Source: Diplonema japonicum (taxonomy: Eukaryota > Protista > Euglenozoa: Diplonemea). Taken from it: a stretch of DNA of 64,000 nt. Positions 59,212 to 64,000 of this stretch are shown piece after piece (position 1 is the first letter of the stretch; every line of letters starts with the position of its first letter). The position numbers were made by a program, and so were the translations under genes. The notes under the pieces are model-generated. The model was not told the DNA's origin. It worked only from the letters and a program-made list of their open reading frames with translations, and searched no databases. Where the stretch lies: NCBI GenBank assembly GCA_964019335.1, contig OZ025686.1:124001-188000 (forward strand). Reading direction: 5' to 3'.

Positions 59212-60363
59212 TCAGAACCCTTCCGGGAAACGTGGTGCGGGTGACTCCGAAGACACAACGGACACAGGAGAGGTCCTCTTAGGGAGGTACTGCGACCTCC
59301 TCCACTTCAAGTCAGCAATACTGAACAACGAAATCTCTGCGTCTGTCCCATGAATGATGTAGTACTCGTGTGGTGTGGTGAGCGACGGGTGGGACACAAC
59401 CCCCGGCTGCCAGTCCATGGTGACAGGGTCTCGATAAAAGCACGGGTCGAGGGCTTGGAACGCAAGCTGCGGGACGGGGACGGAAGCCACGGGGCTTCGA
59501 CTTGCCTTCTGAGGTGTCCTTTTTCGCTTCAATGGTGCGCCCAAGGACAAGGACTGGTCCATCGCAGCCACGTCGTCCAAAACAACATCCACCACTGGGA
59601 GGGCGCTGGATTTTGTGGGGGGTGCGCATGACCTGGACATCATGTCTGGAGGCGGTTCGGTGAATATGGAACGAGCCACGTCGTCCAGCCCCATCGGCTC
59701 CTCCTCGTCGTCGTCCTCACTGGACGGCTCGTAACGACGTTTCCTCACAAAAGACGGTGTGTGGAGGAACACGGAAAACCCGTACTCTTCGGCTTTCCCC
59801 CCGTAGCGGAACCACTTGGTGCACTCGGACAGTGTTAGACCAACGCATGACTGGTTGGCACCTGGCATGCCTACATAAGCTTCTGGATCGTCTGTTGTCG
59901 AAAGCAAAATGTGGGTTGCAGATTTGTAAGACACTTGCGGGTCACCTCCAGCAAGGGTGAACAAAATCTTGATTTTCCACGCGTTTTTCTCGGAGTCCCT
60001 TTCGCGGTCGTAGAATCTTGGCGTGATCCACAGGCCGCTGCCCTCTGCGAGCTTGCCTTCGGCTTGTGTCCCGTAGCCTTCTTCCCCGACGAAGTACATT
60101 TTGCGCAGGCTGTCCTCCAGCCATGACAGGTTTACGACCCATTTTCCCATTACCGCGCAGATTAGGTCTTGAAAGGTGAACTCGCCTCTTCTCCACTGCA
60201 CGCAATGTGTGACCTTGCCCCATGTTTTTTTGATGTCGTCGATGCTTCCTTTAGTCTTCGCAGCCCTGCCAAGCACTGTCCCGCCTATTCTCTTCACGCT
60301 TCTCTCGTATTGCACTTTCTTCCCGTCGCCGCAACGAGACAGGGCGACCACAACCTTGCCCAT
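59212..60363 (-). CDS. BRCT-domain protein, 383 aa
   Basis: VKRIGG..VTHCV..CAVMGKWVVNLSWLEDS..EEGY (BRCT W-x-x-D/C-S) and a second unit LAGG..ATHILL. Confidence 0.82.
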   Translation of the reverse strand: MGKVVVALSRCGDGKKVQYERSVKRIGGTVLGRAAKTKGSIDDIKKTWGKVTHCVQWRRGEFTFQDLICAVMGKWVVNLSWLEDSLRKMYFVGEEGYGTQAEGKLAEGSGLWITPRFYDRERDSEKNAWKIKILFTLAGGDPQVSYKSATHILLSTTDDPEAYVGMPGANQSCVGLTLSECTKWFRYGGKAEEYGFSVFLHTPSFVRKRRYEPSSEDDDEEEPMGLDDVARSIFTEPPPDMMSRSCAPPTKSSALPVVDVVLDDVAAMDQSLSLGAPLKRKRTPQKASRSPVASVPVPQLAFQALDPCFYRDPVTMDWQPGVVSHPSLTTPHEYYIIHGTDAEISLFSIADLKWRRSQYLPKRTSPVSVVSSESPAPRFPEGF

Positions 60364-60774
60364 GTGTAAAAGATTTTAGAGGACAGCCTTCCCCCTTACC
60401 CTGGTTTGCTTTTGTTCAAGATCGGATTTCTCTAGGGGGGGGGGGGGGGAAGGAAGAAGAAACGGGAAAAAAAGTTTGCATTTTTTTCTTTTTCATTATG
60501 GGGGAGGGGGGACTGAATAGAAGAAATGGGGTAAAAGTAAAGAATGGGGGGGATGGAAACAGATCAGCAAAAAAAAGAAAGAAAGAAAGAAAAAAAGATA
60601 TATCTATGGGAGTGGGGGGTGTTTTTTTTTTGTCTGTTTTTCTTTTCTTCAAAAAAATATAAATCACAAGATGGGAGTAGGCAAAAAAAAGTGTTAATCC
60701 ATCACAGCCCCTTTCAACAAATCGAAAAGAAAGAGACAACACCCCCCCCCCCCCACCTTTAAAATTTCCAAGTT

Positions 60775-62663
60775 TCAGTGTCTCTTTGTACCGCATGACA
60801 TGCAGAATTTAGCAGTCCCAACAAAATGCTGTGTTTTATATATATTTTTTTCTACCTCCGCTTATTTTTGCATACCTTCTGACCGCATTCGTGACAGAAA
60901 GCAGACTGGAAACCTTGTTGCTGCTGCTGTTGACTCTTTCCCCCAAGTTCAGGAGGAAGGCTGACCTGCGGCGCCCCAGCAACACGCACGTTTCTGTCTC
61001 GCTTGTCCGAGACAACGTGGTTCACAGGACTGTCAGAAGTGGGTTGGTTATCTGCTTCGGCATGCCCGCTAGATTCTTCCGAAGTAGGTGGGTAGGATTT
61101 CCTAGATAGGACAGGGCGGGCCCCAGCGACCCTGAGGGGTTTGTTACCGTTTGCAGGTGCCTCAGGCTGCGAGGCCCTACGCTTCTTTTTGACGAAAGAC
61201 GACGTGGGAGTCGCCTTCAAGGCCTCCAAGCACCTTCCATGATATGGCTCACCACCATACTCCGCAGCGGAGTTCACTATCTGTGCCTTGCACTTCGTAC
61301 AAGCAAAACATTTCTCGTGATACGTGTGCTCTTCCCATATGACACCTCCGCGAGCCTTCTCCCCACAGCCCCTGCATGTTGGAAGCCCCTTGTCCTGCAG
61401 TTTCTCAACGCACACCTTATGGCAGGGATGCCCCTCGTGCTCGATGTACCGCTCCTCAAGGATCCCTGAGCACAGCCCGCATTTGAAGCATTCTGCGTGT
61501 AGGTACCCTTCCATAGCCTCAACACCCCTTGTGGAGTCGCGGATGGGAAGGTTGCAGGAATTACACAACGCTGTCTTTGTCGGGCCGTTGGTGTACCGCT
61601 TGCCTTTTAGAAGAGGGGACTTCTTGCTTCTTGCGGGGTTTCTACCGTTTTCGGGTGAAGATGGTTGCGACCCCGGCCCACGAAGGAGCCGCATCACAGC
61701 GATAAAGAAAAACCCAGCCGCCCTGAACCTGCGCAGCGCTCTCGACGTTTCAATAGGAGGTGGTTGTGCAGGCCCGGTCCCGAAGGCTAACTTAGGGGTT
61801 GTCTTACCCCCACGGGTACTGGTGATCACGGAGTGGTCCTTCAACCAAACATGTGCCAAGGCAGCCTCCACTGTCATACGCTTGGAAGGGTCAACCTGCA
61901 AACACCCCGAAATGAAGCTTCTCGCTTGAACTGAAACAGAGCCCGGCATGAAATAGTCACCGCTTGTTATCGCAGAGATCAGTGCAGGACCGGTCCCTGT
62001 GAAGGGCTCCGTCCCTGTCAGCATCAAGTACGTCAAGACACCTAATGCCCAGAGGTCGTTTGGTTGCCGGTAACCTCTGCGCTTTAGCATTTCAGGTGAC
62101 ATGTATTTCTGGGTCCCAACAGGTTTTTCAAGGGGGTCTTTGTTTGGGGGAAGGCTCTCGGCTGAACCGAAATCTATGAGTTTCACACAGTGCGTTGCAG
62201 TTGATGGGAACATGACATTGGACGGTTTGATGTCTCTGTGGATGAGGTGCTTTGTGTGGAGGCATCCCAGTGCCTCAAGGAGCGTCTTTACTATCGTTTT
62301 TGTGTTTTGTTCAGATAGTCGCTTCTTCGCGGCCAACCTGTCGCTGAGGTCGTCCCCGCCCACCCACTCGAGGACGGTGTAGAAAGTTAGCTCGTCTTCG
62401 AGTAGATCCAAAAATTTAACGACGTGTGCGCTGTCTATTAATTTCAACCCGTCCATCTCCTTCCTCACTAAGTGTTCTATCCCTCTCATTTTCTTCTTCG
62501 TCACCTTCACCGCTACCGTCTTCCCATCCGACTTTCTCACCGCCTTGTACACCACGCTGTACTGCCCCTCACCTCGGGCCCTGTCACTGATTTCGTAATG
62601 CTGCAAAACATTACTGAACTCCTTGCATATTCGTGGCCTCACGACGATTTCGCTGTCGTTCAT
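60775..62663 (-). CDS. CAMK-group kinase + two LIM domains + double zinc ribbon, 613 aa; intron 60829-60875
   Basis: GEGQYSVV, VAVK, HRDIKPSN, DFG, GTQKYMSPE, DLWALGV; CxxC-x17-HxxCxxCxxC twice; spliced end [24 protein letters not shown]. Confidence 0.9.
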
Positions 62664-63086
62664 ATCATGGTGTGGGGGAGGGATGCGCCTTTTCTTCTTT
62701 TTCTTTTTCTTTTTTGAAAAAAAGAGAAATTTGTTGTTCAATGGGGGGGCAGGGTGGCAATAGGAATAATAACGGTAAGAATAATGTAAAATAAAAAAAA
62801 ACTCGATAAAATTTCAGTGTGCATGGGGGTGCTCACTAAAAAAAAACTCAATCCCGACTTGAGAAAGCCTCTAAAAAAAGAAAATAAAAACACGACTTCA
62901 CCTGGGTGGGGGGAACAAAATGTCTACCTTCCCCATTCCTTCTATTTCTGCCTAAACACGAAAGGGATGTGAGAATGTGTTTCGGGGTGCCAGGTGCTAG
63001 GAAAAAAAAAAAAAAAAGACGATGCGTAAGGGCGGACCACCCCTTAAAAAAAACTCCACTAACGAGGAAACGTGAGAAGTTATCAT

Positions 63087-64000
63087 CTAACACTTTATAT
63101 CTTTCGGGTGCAGAGGCATGCTTGCCTTCCAGACCTGCGGGTTCTGTGCATCTACGTGTACAATGCTGGCTTCAACATCGTCCAGCTGCCTTGTAACCGA
63201 TGCTTGCAAGCCAGGCATATCGGTCTCAGCGTGGGCGTCAGAAAAGTTGTACACAGACACGACCTTCCTTTTACAAGGGTCCGTCCAGCTCTCAGGGCGG
63301 ATGTGAGTGTGGTAAAACTCCACAAGCCCTTCCTTGGTAACTTTCTCCAGCTCAGCAACAATGCGCTGTGTTGTTATGTTATGATTTGCTTTTTTTTTTT
63401 TCTCCCCCCGGTTGAAGTAATACCTTTTCCTTGTCCCACCCCAGTCCGTGGAGAACCTTCTCCCTGATCTCTGAGTAAAGCTGCCCAAGGTTCCCGGGCG
63501 GAACTAGCAGTTTTTGTTTCGCACTGGAGATCACCTCCTTCAGGTCGTTCTCGCTGAACCCCCGCAGCTCCTCCTCTGTCTCCTTCAAGAACGCATCGAC
63601 ACGTTCGTGAAGTACCGACGGCGGCTGTACACCAGACTGCACCTTGAAGTTCAAGCTGAGCACGCCAAACGAACACGCGCTTGAAACACTAACAATGTAC
63701 CCAAGTTGCTGCTTTGTACGAAGTGATGTGAAAAAACGTGGCGAGATAATCTGGTGAAGCACCTCCATGTGGGCAGACATCTGGTACGTGTAAGGGCCGA
63801 GCTGGTAATGGAGTATAAGTGAAGAGTCTAGATTAGTGGGGTTCGGTGTGTGTTCGAGAATCCTGTGCTCGGCAAGTGGTGTTTCCGGTAAGGCCACCCT
63901 ATGGGGAATGGGAATCTCGCAGTGGGGAGCGTTTGTGTCCCTGCCATAGTTGTGTGCGCGAAGCGTCGCTGCAAGGTTCTTCGCGATGTCGCTGCTTGCC
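63087..64000 (-). CDS. Insulinase/M16A peptidase (IDE-like), C-terminal part; intron 63366-63423; runs off right edge
   Basis: FFTSLRTKQQLGYIVS, FKVQS, ERVDAFL; frame open to position 64000. Confidence 0.88.

Overview
Eukaryotic nuclear DNA, most likely from a non-kinetoplastid euglenozoan (diplonemid-like). About 28 protein-coding genes all lie on the minus strand, head-to-tail, some only 60-150 nt apart. The window also has a BILBO1-family gene, a PTS2-bearing hexokinase, T-rich tracts ending in AG upstream of several start codons (trans-splice-like), and about 40 GT-AG micro-introns, nearly all 33-60 nt. Gene models were reassembled by hand across the introns; coordinates are from manual counting and homopolymer lengths may be unreliable. 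Main points of interest: (1) a Ufd2/UBE4-core protein whose U-box is replaced by a BIRC6-like E2 (UBC) domain plus a UIM; (2) a putatively mitochondrial PPR protein fused to a PIN-like domain hidden across seven micro-introns; (3) a 1.5-kb TIR element inside a DNAJC7 intron; (4) strong 3'-end bias of intron positions and often A/C-rich intron acceptors; (5) three mosaic UXS paralogs; (6) a ~3740-aa modular coiled-coil protein; (7) a tRNA-like A/B-box element lacking an anticodon arm; (8) a pseudo-kinesin and a kinase-LIM-LIM-zinc-ribbon protein. Family assignments come from motif recall, not database searches.
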